Virus record (IMG/VR): IMGVR_UViG_3300043446_003656
Location: 1-60,775 of that record
Strand: one strand, 5' to 3'
Source of the DNA: a virus
Lineage: Duplodnaviria; Caudoviricetes
Length of the DNA stretch: 60,775 nucleotides
Shown piece by piece: positions 28,015-36,335 of the stretch; the stretch's first letter is position 1; every line of letters starts with the position of its first letter. A program made the position numbers and the translations under genes. The notes under the pieces are model-generated. The model was given only the letters and a program-made list of their open reading frames with translations, did not search any database and had not been told where the DNA came from.

Positions 28015-28182
28015 TTAGTAAGTTTTTACCATAGCAAAACGAGTTTGATTATTTGCTAGGCGCAACATAACACGAGTTACATTGTTACGAACAGGTGTAA
28101 ATTTTTCAATACGACCTGTTACTCCAGCATTTGATGTTGTGAATAAATCACCGATTTGGTAAGTGTATCCGCCAAGTGTCAT
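28015..28182 (-). CDS. Small SH3-like protein (55 aa)
   Basis: Hand translation MTLGGYTYQIGDLFTTSNAGVTGRIEKF..; SD AGAAAGG. Confidence 0.65.
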   Translation of the reverse strand: MTLGGYTYQIGDLFTTSNAGVTGRIEKFTPVRNNVTRVMLRLANNQTRFAMVKTY

Positions 28183-28218
28183 TTTTATTTTTGCCTTTCT
28201 ATTCGGGTTTAGTTAGGG

Positions 28219-28248
28219 TGAGCAGTTTATTATGACTTGCTCAGGTCA
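28219..28248 (-). ncRNA. Candidate pseudoknot element, copy 4
   Basis: TGAC-CTGAGCAA-GTCA-TAATAAAC-TGCTCA. Confidence 0.55.
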
Positions 28249-28265
28249 GTTTCCCGATTTAGGAA

Positions 28266-28691
28266 TTATAGATAACGAGCAACAGCATTGTAAGTAGAAG
28301 TTGAAACTACTTCCTCATCTGTCATTTTCAGAATACGAATTGCGTTAGACAATTCCTCTTTCATCTCGTTGTATGTGTGTTGATGAAGTTGCTCAAAATC
28401 TCTCTGTGGTTCAACAGGGAAATCTGCTTCATTACAGGTTAGGTCAAAATCTACATTGAGAGTTTTGTTCCATGAGCGATAGTTGGTGCGGAAGTTCTCT
28501 GCTTTTGCTATGTTAGCAACAGCAAACTTACCTACTTCTTTGCGCCACTTCTCAACAGATTTTTGATACTTTGCTTCATTTTCAGATTGGTTTTCCCAAT
28601 CCTTTTCTAACTTAGCAAGGCGAGTTTCAAGTGCCTTGATGATTTTAGGGGTAGCGATTTTTACGCTAATTGCTTTTTGGTTTCTAGCCAT
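28266..28691 (-). CDS. Hypothetical helical protein
   Basis: SD GAAAGGA; own promoter. Confidence 0.65.
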   Translation of the reverse strand: MARNQKAISVKIATPKIIKALETRLAKLEKDWENQSENEAKYQKSVEKWRKEVGKFAVANIAKAENFRTNYRSWNKTLNVDFDLTCNEADFPVEPQRDFEQLHQHTYNEMKEELSNAIRILKMTDEEVVSTSTYNAVARYL

Positions 28692-28776
28692 TTGTTTTGT
28701 TTCCTTTCGGGTTAGGGTTTGAGAGAGTTATTATAGCAGGGGGGTCAGACATTGACCCCCCTGTATTATTATTTAG

Positions 28777-28938
28777 TTATGCCTTGAAAGTAGTCCAGCG
28801 AGTATCGCCATTTACTTCAAGTTTCACACGCACCGAGCCAGATGCGTTCGGAACAATCTCCTTGATAGTTCCTGTGACCTTTGACTTGCTAGTAGTGAAT
28901 AAATCTCCTACTTGATAAGTTTTGCCATTTGCGGTCAT
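28777..28938 (-). CDS. Small SH3-like protein (53 aa), paralog of 28015-28182
   Basis: MTANGKTYQVGDLFTTSKSKVTGTIKEI.. Confidence 0.65.
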   Translation of the reverse strand: MTANGKTYQVGDLFTTSKSKVTGTIKEIVPNASGSVRVKLEVNGDTRWTTFKA

Positions 28939-29155
28939 TTTGCTTCCTTTCTATTTGTTGTTAGGTGGTATTCTAGCATACGAGCCATGTTACTCGCAAG
29001 TAGAAATCGTGTTATTTGGTGTGATTTACATCACATAAATTCGAACGGGTCTCTATCCTCGAAAATAGACTCAAATAGTGCTAAATCTCCTGTCTCCAGG
29101 GCATAGTCTAAATCTAGTGCCATATTTTCTCTGATCCGCTCTGCTTGCTCATCTA

Positions 29156-29467
29156 TCATTCTGCATCACCGATGCAATCTGAACAATCGCAATACCATGC
29201 ATGATTAACCCATGCATCAAGGTGGTGTCCCTCGACAATAGCATTAGCAGGTGCAGAGTCTTGCCCACGCCATGATACGCCTTCGGGTAGTTTAATTAAC
29301 TTATCATAGTCCTCATCATTACATGCTTCAATAGCTTCTATGCAAGGGTCAATCATAGAAAGCGGGACGGGTGGATAGTGATTACTCCTTAATTGTATTG
29401 CAATACTATCACGCAGAGATACATCTAAATCTCCACTTGCTAATTCGGTTGCTAAATTACTTCCCAC
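29156..29467 (-). CDS. Hypothetical protein
   Basis: NHYPPVP..HHLDAW. Confidence 0.6.
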   Translation of the reverse strand: MGSNLATELASGDLDVSLRDSIAIQLRSNHYPPVPLSMIDPCIEAIEACNDEDYDKLIKLPEGVSWRGQDSAPANAIVEGHHLDAWVNHAWYCDCSDCIGDAE

Positions 29468-29666
29468 TTACTTCTCCATTTCTATAAAAATTCATTGTGT
29501 GCATTTTGCCATTAGGTTCAAGTAGATTATAGGTTGCATAGTCTTTGGCATCTCCTACATCTACGCATTTTCTAAACGCATCTACGGCAGATAGCGCATC
29601 TGAAAATCTATAACTAGAGTGATAATTTCCGTCATAGTGTGTAGTTATTACATAGTTGTATTCCAT
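29457..29666 (-). CDS. Hypothetical protein
   Basis: SD GAAAGGA; promoter at 29690. Confidence 0.6.
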   Translation of the reverse strand: MEYNYVITTHYDGNYHSSYRFSDALSAVDAFRKCVDVGDAKDYATYNLLEPNGKMHTMNFYRNGEVSGK

Positions 29667-29733
29667 GATTATCCTTTCGAGAGTAGTTGATTATAGCAGA
29701 GGGGACTGACATTGGTCAAATCCCCTCTGAGCC

Positions 29734-30231
29734 TTACCATGAGGACTGATAATAAAAGGACAAATCCTCAAAATCGGGCAATTCGGTCAATTTGGACAAT
29801 TGCTTGATAGTTGATTTAATTCCATCCCAATAATATTCATCAATATCATATGAACCAAAAAAGAAACCTGCTTGTGGCATTAATTCTTTAGGGTCTTTAT
29901 GGAATAAGGCTTGACGGGCGGTAGTTAAAAGTTCCTTTAACTTATCATGAGATACATAGTATTCACCGCAGTCATCCTCGCCATCTTGTACATTTTGTAC
30001 AAACCAATTATGAACAGAATTAACTTTGCGCCAATAAGCAGCATTTACGCTAACACTTACGCCATAAATATCTTTTTCATCTGCTACATGATCTAAACCA
30101 GCAGCATTTACAATATTATTCCATTGTGGGAAAGTAGCAGCAGCATAGTCTATTTCATCTTGTTTATCAAGAATAGACCAATCTATTTTATTTACATATT
30201 TACGAGCAGAGAGATACATATCTAAACCCAT
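29734..30231 (-). CDS. Conserved phage protein (MGLDMYL..YWRK..YQSSW type)
   Basis: Characteristic terminal motifs. Confidence 0.7.
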   Translation of the reverse strand: MGLDMYLSARKYVNKIDWSILDKQDEIDYAAATFPQWNNIVNAAGLDHVADEKDIYGVSVSVNAAYWRKVNSVHNWFVQNVQDGEDDCGEYYVSHDKLKELLTTARQALFHKDPKELMPQAGFFFGSYDIDEYYWDGIKSTIKQLSKLTELPDFEDLSFYYQSSW

Positions 30232-30235
30232 TTAA

Positions 30236-30514
30236 TTATTCTCCTAACACATCTCTTGAAATTTGGTCAAACATTTCTACTTCCTCGACCATAGCATTAA
30301 ATTGACTTTCGGTCATAAGAATAGAAGTAATGCGAGTTGCAACATTGGCAGTTAAAGTGCCTGAGTATTTGAACATAAGAGAAATTAATTCTTCCTCTGA
30401 TAGATAATTTGCAGTTTTAACAATTTCAGCAGCCATAGTCATAACTTCGAAATCTGTCATGGCTTCTTTGCTTGCTTCTGCAATTGCGTGTGCTTGTGCA
30501 ATTCCACTTAACAT
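30236..30514 (-). CDS. Hypothetical protein
   Basis: SD GAAAGGA; promoter at 30545. Confidence 0.6.
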   Translation of the reverse strand: MLSGIAQAHAIAEASKEAMTDFEVMTMAAEIVKTANYLSEEELISLMFKYSGTLTANVATRITSILMTESQFNAMVEEVEMFDQISRDVLGE

Positions 30515-30707
30515 TGTGGTTTCCTTTCTTTCGGGTGAGGTGCAATTATACTAAATCCCACCGACATTTTCAATTTGACACGCCGTAATTCTCATAATTT
30601 GAGACAAAAATGTGGTGATAAATATCACATTCGTAACGACACGCCCGACTGCGTCGGCCAATGTCCGTTATGTCCAAATTATTTACGCATAAATTAAAGA
30701 ATTATGA

Positions 30708-30736
30708 AAGGGCCTGGTGTCAGATCCAGGCCCCTT
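30708..30736. terminator. GC-rich hairpin, probable terminator
   Basis: GGGCCTGG/CCAGGCCC stem. Confidence 0.6.
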
Positions 30737-30755
30737 CTCTCTCTCACCCGTTACA

Positions 30756-30953
30756 TTAAAAATCTACGGGCACATCTATATTTAAATCCTGGAATGCTAA
30801 CATAGCATAAACCTGAATCTCTTCTTCTGTTGCTTCGGACCAATCTACGTAGTTCATGAAATCCATTTGATTTTGTACACGCAGCGCAATTTCATCTGAA
30901 ACACCAAGCTTGTCAGCAATCATGTATGTAAAAATATTTCCGCCTTTAATCAC
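30756..30953 (-). CDS. Hypothetical protein
   Basis: ORF track. Confidence 0.5.
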   Translation of the reverse strand: MIKGGNIFTYMIADKLGVSDEIALRVQNQMDFMNYVDWSEATEEEIQVYAMLAFQDLNIDVPVDF

Positions 30954-30954
30954 A

Positions 30955-31242
30955 TTACACCGCCAATTCTAAAATTGCACTAGTGCCACCGTGATTAATT
31001 TCTGCTAATTTGCTAATGATATCTGCACGAGACATTGATTTAAGGTCAGAGAAATATTCACGAATGCATGCAACATTCATTTGAGCAAATGTTTCTGCAG
31101 GCACAAGCATTAAACGCATATGGAATTCTGAGCCTTGGCGAATTTTTGAATTAAACTGTACACCGTCAACACTGAATGGATGACAATCCCATTCCGCTGT
31201 AGTAGTATCGGGAGCGATATATTCTGTATTTTTATTTTTCAT
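30955..31242 (-). CDS. Hypothetical protein
   Basis: ORF track; SigA-type promoter upstream. Confidence 0.55.
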   Translation of the reverse strand: MKNKNTEYIAPDTTTAEWDCHPFSVDGVQFNSKIRQGSEFHMRLMLVPAETFAQMNVACIREYFSDLKSMSRADIISKLAEINHGGTSAILELAV

Positions 31243-31481
31243 TTTTTCTTCTTTCGGGTTAGAGTTGGTTAATTATATACTGGTGAGCAGGTCTTTGTCA
31301 AGTTTAGTTACAAGGACCAAACTCATCCCAAGCAAAATATTCATTTTCTTGACCAATGCAATCGCAAGCCAATCTTTCGACATTACCTTGCATGTCAAGA
31401 ATTACGAAACCTGCGCCCTCGCAATCATTACAAGGAACGCCAACGATTTCTGCAATTTCATCAAACGGAGTTTTCATTTTA

Positions 31482-31688
31482 TTATTCTCCTGTGCTAACT
31501 GCTAAAGTTCGCCAAACTTTTTTGATACCATGAGTAGGGCGAATTTCTACGAGATAACTCTCGCAATTCTCACCATACCAAACGGCACGATTATCTTTTT
31601 CCGCATGAGTAATTTCACCCTCTACGGAACGGGAACGATAGAATTTTCCTACAAGTAGGCTTTCAATTGAGTAGATATTTGCTGACAT
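31482..31688 (-). CDS. Small SH3-like protein, paralog of 33990-34187
   Basis: MSANIYSIESLLVGKFYRSRSVEGEI; start lies downstream of the promoter at 31713. Confidence 0.7.
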   Translation of the reverse strand: MSANIYSIESLLVGKFYRSRSVEGEITHAEKDNRAVWYGENCESYLVEIRPTHGIKKVWRTLAVSTGE

Positions 31689-32406
31689 TTTTACCTCTTT
31701 CTTTGTGTCGCTATTATAGCAAACGGGTCTGACATTTTCAAGCGACACGCCGTAGCGTGTCAGTGTGATTTATATCACACTTCGGGGGTTTCGTGATTTG
31801 GATTACAATCACACCATTCAAAATCATAGTCCCCGTCAGGTGAAACCCAACCATTGACTATTCCTGAACCTTTACAATCTGAACAATTTTTATTCATGGA
31901 TACACTCACTTTCTATTTCATGTCCAAACTCATCTACGAGTTCCTCATAAATTTCATCTATATAATCTAAAAAATCTGACATTTAGTTTTCCTTTCTTAT
32001 TTTCTAACTATCGTTAGTTTAGCATAACCCACCGACATTTTTCAACTTACTAGCAAGTAATTTCATATTTTGAGACGCTCAAGTCCTGTGATAAATCTCA
32101 CATTCGTAACGACACGCCCGACTGCGTCGGCCAGTTAGTTGAATATTAAACTATTTAAAAAAAGGCGAAACAAGATCACTAAATATTTTTAGTGATTTGT
32201 TTTTTTTATGTTTTGTTTTACGAGTATATTTCTTTTTATTTTTTTGTGGAGTTGCTGCATTACTGCGACGCAATTCCTGAACTCGTTTTACTTTTTCATT
32301 TGTCATTGTTATACCTCACAATCATGTCCAAAATAAAATTCAGCTGCATCGTTTTCATCAAACATATCAAAACGACGATTACACTCTACGCATTTCTCAA
32401 ACATTT

Positions 32407-32706
32407 TTAGTTTTCCTTTCTAATTTCATGCAAACGAATTACTTTTGCAAACTTTCTAGCACCTACACGGACACGCTCACCCGTGAAACAATTTGTACAA
32501 TACAAACCCTCATGAGCAAATTCGCAAATTTTGCAGGTGCGAATTGTAGGATTATCTAAACGCTTAACTACAATTTCTGAAATAGGTGTAGTCATTAAAC
32601 CTAATTCTAAATCCATGACTAAATCTTTATCAGCGAATTCAATAGGCTGAAATTCTAAATCGTTAATTCTTTTAATTTCTAAATTTGACATTGAAATTAC
32701 TCCCAA
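32407..32706 (-). CDS. Zn-ribbon hypothetical protein
   Basis: CKIC..CTNC. Confidence 0.55.
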   Translation of the reverse strand: MGVISMSNLEIKRINDLEFQPIEFADKDLVMDLELGLMTTPISEIVVKRLDNPTIRTCKICEFAHEGLYCTNCFTGERVRVGARKFAKVIRLHEIRKEN

Positions 32707-32885
32707 CTTCTAGTAGTAGCGAAAACCTTACGATTTGAAGGTTTATAATTTGGAAGGTAAGTTAGATTTACCTCATCTATAATTTGTTTTTGTGAAACTA
32801 AATCTAGGAAAGAGTTAGCGTATTCCTCAGAGGGAACTAGGAGAGTAGTAGAACTACCGCCTACTTTATAATTTAGTGAGAACAT
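32697..32885 (-). CDS. Hypothetical protein
   Basis: SD GAAAGGAG. Confidence 0.55.
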   Translation of the reverse strand: MFSLNYKVGGSSTTLLVPSEEYANSFLDLVSQKQIIDEVNLTYLPNYKPSNRKVFATTRSWE

Positions 32886-33087
32886 TTGGTTCTCCTTTCT
32901 TTTTTATTTATTCTTATTTAATTTTGTATAATGGAATTATAGCATGGGGGTCTGACATTTTTGGGGCGACAAAACGGACATTTGCGACAATTGGGATTGT
33001 GAGTTAGGTCACATTTTATTTTTACGCTCAAAAGTTCAGGTGATTTAGGTCACAATCTTAAAGACACGCCCGACTGCGTCGGTCCAT

Positions 33088-33103
33088 TCGAACATTTGTT
33101 CGA
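33088..33103. promoter_or_regulatory. Actinobacterial LexA (SOS) box
   Basis: TCGAAC-ATTT-GTTCGA, perfect consensus. Confidence 0.7.
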
Positions 33104-33232
33104 GATGGATAGATCAGCTTTTATTCTTCTTCTTTTGGAAAAAATCCATTTTGCTTTATATCTAAATAAAGTTGTTTTGCGCAATAATAACAAACAATAA
33201 ATAAATTTAATTGAATTAGTGAAGTGATTAGT

Positions 33233-33421
33233 CTATTCAGCGTCAAGGTCAAACTCGCTTTCATCAAATTCAATCGCTAAATCTTTTTCATCTACTAAAT
33301 CAAGCGGGATTTCATCTGATTCAGTTTCAGTTTCGATTTCTTCATTTTCCCAATATTCAGGCTCTCTGTCCCATGGGTCATACTTTTTTTCCCAAGAGGG
33401 AACATAACTAGTCATGGTCAT
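33233..33421 (-). CDS. Very acidic small protein
   Basis: ORF track; Asp/Glu-rich. Confidence 0.5.
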   Translation of the reverse strand: MTMTSYVPSWEKKYDPWDREPEYWENEEIETETESDEIPLDLVDEKDLAIEFDESEFDLDAE

Positions 33422-33615
33422 TACTTTACCACACTTTCATTTTTTCCATAAACTGCTTGAATAAATCTATCTTCGTTAAAATTAGGGTTATCATCTGCAA
33501 ACATATCCGCAAAATCAAAAACTAATTCTTTGAAATCTGAAATTTCTACGGGGTAATTTGATAAGTAGCGATTTAGGATTTCCGCTACTGCTACATAGTC
33601 TTTTCGGGTCATCAT
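33421..33615 (-). CDS. Conserved small phage protein (MTRKDY..DNPNF..RF)
   Basis: Motif pattern. Confidence 0.6.
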   Translation of the reverse strand: MMTRKDYVAVAEILNRYLSNYPVEISDFKELVFDFADMFADDNPNFNEDRFIQAVYGKNESVVK

Positions 33616-33989
33616 TTTACTGCACCTCTATTTTCATTATATTAGCAGAAAACTTTACTTTTTCTGCTTGCTTACTTTTATTTAAGTTAGCCACTAGGGT
33701 ATCTATATCGTTAATATTAGTAGCAACATTTCCAACAGATAGCAAACGGCTACCTTGCCATAGGGAGTATTCTATTTTCATTATTTAGTCTCACTTTCTT
33801 TTTTAGTTAATACGGACATAGCCTCTAGGGTAGAAGCCTTACGCTGTGCCTCTACATAGGCACGGAACTCATCTAGGTTCATTTGTTAGTTATCCTTTCT
33901 AAGATACTTACTTATTTATTTGTTATGGCGTTAGCCTACCATAAGCCACCGACAATTTCAAGCGACACGCCGATAGGCGTTAGTGTGAT

Positions 33990-34187
33990 TTAGCCCACAC
34001 TTACGGCTACTGAGCGGTAGGTGTATCCTCCGCCACTTTTACGGATACGGACACGATACGCCTCAGCGTTATCATACCATACGGCGTGAGGGTGCTTTTC
34101 AGCCTCTACGATTTCGCCCTCTACGGAGCGGGAGCGATAAAGCTTACCTACTAGTAAGCCCTCTATTGAATAAAGATTAGCAGACAT
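33990..34187 (-). CDS. Small SH3-like protein
   Basis: MSANLYSIEGLLVGKLYRSRSVEGEI. Confidence 0.7.
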   Translation of the reverse strand: MSANLYSIEGLLVGKLYRSRSVEGEIVEAEKHPHAVWYDNAEAYRVRIRKSGGGYTYRSVAVSVG

Positions 34188-34369
34188 TATTTAGACACTT
34201 TCCAATCTGTCCACATAGGTAGACGCTCAGGGTCAGTATCGTTATACCAACTTTCAATATTATTTTCACAAACCTCGCAGAAAGTGAAACGCTCATCTCC
34301 AACCATAGAGATAGCAGATTTATTAGGGGTGTGTGTCTTACACACTTCGTTAATTGTTAGTGTAGTCAT
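34187..34369 (-). CDS. Small Cys/His protein
   Basis: CKTH..FCEVCE. Confidence 0.55.
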   Translation of the reverse strand: MTTLTINEVCKTHTPNKSAISMVGDERFTFCEVCENNIESWYNDTDPERLPMWTDWKVSK

Positions 34370-34463
34370 TTGAGACCACCTTTCTTTAGTAGTTAATTTT
34401 GTTTTGCTGACCTGATTATTTGCTTACTTATTTAGTAAGGCTCACAGGATTTTTATTTAGTTT

Positions 34464-34697
34464 TTATTTCTTACAATACTTAGCGTATTTTACGAATAAC
34501 TTTCGGTATCCGCAGGTATCGCAGTATCTATTGAAGTAAGGTTGCTTAGTAGCAACACCTTGAACATCTGTCCAAGTAGTATGCTTACAAGTAGGGTCAT
34601 TACCCGCTACATTGTAGTCATTGTAGTAGTAAGGGACATGGCTCCAAAGTTGGTAGCCGTTAGCGATTACTTTATCTAATTTTTTTTCTAGTGACAT
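34464..34697 (-). CDS. Zn-ribbon hypothetical protein, first gene of the minus-strand block
   Basis: CKH..CDTCG; promoter at 34730. Confidence 0.55.
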   Translation of the reverse strand: MSLEKKLDKVIANGYQLWSHVPYYYNDYNVAGNDPTCKHTTWTDVQGVATKQPYFNRYCDTCGYRKLFVKYAKYCKK

Positions 34698-34947
34698 TTT
34701 ATTGTCCTTTCTTTTTATCTAATAAGTAAATACTAGCACACCTCTCTGACATTTTCAAGTCGCAAAACGGACATTTCGGATATTTTTTATGTGATTTAGA
34801 CCACATTTTACGCTCAAAATGCTATCAAATCGGACATTATGGGCACACTATCTTTTTTATTTTTTGATTTTTAAACGTGGATCATACAATTTAAAAAAAT
34901 ATTAACATTTTTGTCAATTTGAAAAGTAAAATGTTATAATAAATTTT

Positions 34948-35751
34948 ATGTATAAAGCTTTGCAAGAATTTCAAGAACCTATCTTGTCTAAACTTAAAAA
35001 ATTAAGTGACGAGGTATATTTGTATGAAAATTTTTTGTCAGAAGAAGAATGTAAAGAAATCGTCGAAGAAGTAAAAAATACGCCAGATTATGTTTATCAA
35101 AAAGAAAAAAATTTAGTTTTAAAAGACTCATTTAATGTATCTAAATTAGCTCAATATAGAGATAGAATTAAAGAAGTATTTAATTTTAATGAAAAAGTAA
35201 AAGAAAAGCATATATCAAACAATTGGACTTTTGTTAGGATGAGACCAACTGGAGTTGGGGATGGTCCACATGTTGATTGGCCAAACTTTTTAAATAAAAT
35301 TAAAATTTCTATTAATGAATCAGAAGATGAAAAAATTAAAATAAAGTTTCAATGGGTAACAATTTTGATTTACTTTAATGATGATTTTGGTGGGGGAGAA
35401 ATAGTATACCCAGAATATGGAATAGAATATCACCCTAAAACAGGAGATTTACTTGTACATAATGCAGAAGTCGTACATACTGTCTATAGAGTTAAATCAG
35501 GAGAAAGATTTTTTTGGCAAGGGGACGTGGCAGCTGATTTTTTTACTGATGAAGATGGAATAAAAATTTATTCAGAAGCAAATGAAAAAATAGGTAATAA
35601 AGATACCGAAGGAGAAGATTTTCTTTTTTCAATAAACCATAGACCGATATTGTCAAAAAGATTGACAAAATGGGCAGAAGATGCAAAATGGAATCCTGAT
35701 GATGAAAGCTTTATAATTAATGGTATAATAAAGAAAACAAGGGAATTATAA
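34948..35751 (+). CDS. 2OG-Fe(II) oxygenase
   Basis: HVD..YFNDDFGGGE..HTV..ERF. Confidence 0.85.
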   Translation: MYKALQEFQEPILSKLKKLSDEVYLYENFLSEEECKEIVEEVKNTPDYVYQKEKNLVLKDSFNVSKLAQYRDRIKEVFNFNEKVKEKHISNNWTFVRMRPTGVGDGPHVDWPNFLNKIKISINESEDEKIKIKFQWVTILIYFNDDFGGGEIVYPEYGIEYHPKTGDLLVHNAEVVHTVYRVKSGERFFWQGDVAADFFTDEDGIKIYSEANEKIGNKDTEGEDFLFSINHRPILSKRLTKWAEDAKWNPDDESFIINGIIKKTREL

Positions 35752-36335
35752 TGGGACCTTTTATAAACAGTCAAGAAGTACTAGAGCTTGGCGAAGATAT
35801 ATATATAATAGAAAATTTTTTAACTCAAGAAGAATGTCAATATTTTAAAGATTTATTTGATAAAGGTATTGAGGCAAATGGGCATAATCTAGAACTTGGT
35901 TTTGGTGTTGTTTCTAATAATTTTGAAGAAATTGAAAAAATTAGAGATAGAATTAAATCAATTATTGATCCAGTTTATGAACTTGGACACAATACAGCTG
36001 TGAATTTAATGAAAGTTGGAAATTCATGGGGACTACACTACGATGCTCAACAATTTGAAAAAATAAGAGGCAAGGCAAATCAAAAAGATCCTCTTGATGA
36101 ATATGATTTAGTTAAAGATAGTAAATACGGGACTGTGCTTTATTTTAACGAATTTGGTGGTGGGGCTTTAAATTATCCTTTGCAAAATATACAGTATAAG
36201 CCAATGCCTGGAACCTTAGTGGTTCATAGTTCAGAAAAAATATGTAGCCATGAAGTATTAGAGGTTACAGAAGGATACAGATATTCTTACTCTAATCATT
36301 TATCAATACCAATTTTAATACCTAGGAACTTATGA
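35751..36335 (+). CDS. 2OG-Fe(II) oxygenase
   Basis: HYD..YFNEFGGG..HEV..RY. Confidence 0.85.
   Translation: MGPFINSQEVLELGEDIYIIENFLTQEECQYFKDLFDKGIEANGHNLELGFGVVSNNFEEIEKIRDRIKSIIDPVYELGHNTAVNLMKVGNSWGLHYDAQQFEKIRGKANQKDPLDEYDLVKDSKYGTVLYFNEFGGGALNYPLQNIQYKPMPGTLVVHSSEKICSHEVLEVTEGYRYSYSNHLSIPILIPRNL

Larger units (their letters stand above)
30615..33082. repeat. Dispersed direct repeat with CCGACTGCGTCGG palindrome
   Basis: 46-nt copies at 30615-30660 and 32088-32133 (one mismatch); 20-nt core again at 33063-33082. Confidence 0.85.
24924..34751 (-). promoter_or_regulatory. Nine PafBC/RecA-NDp-type promoters (TGTCDG-N10-TANNNT)
   Basis: At 24924, 28730, 29690, 30545, 31713, 32016, 32936, 33933 and 34730 (22 bp each), all with N10 spacing and facing minus-strand ORFs. 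Confidence 0.8.
26366..34805. promoter_or_regulatory. Array of CRP/GlxR-type sites (TGTGA-N6-TCACA)
   Basis: Perfect at 26366, 27764, 27854, 29020, 31764, 32087 and 32998; one mismatch at 30614, 33039, 33984 and 34790. Confidence 0.8.

Noticed and set aside
31689-31748. N-terminal 20 aa of ORF 31482-31748
   Set aside because: It spans the promoter and SD; the paralog starts at MSAN.
30615-33082. Repeats as a CRISPR array or IS ends
   Set aside because: They are 1-1.5 kb apart and separated by genes, with no cas or transposase gene in the window.
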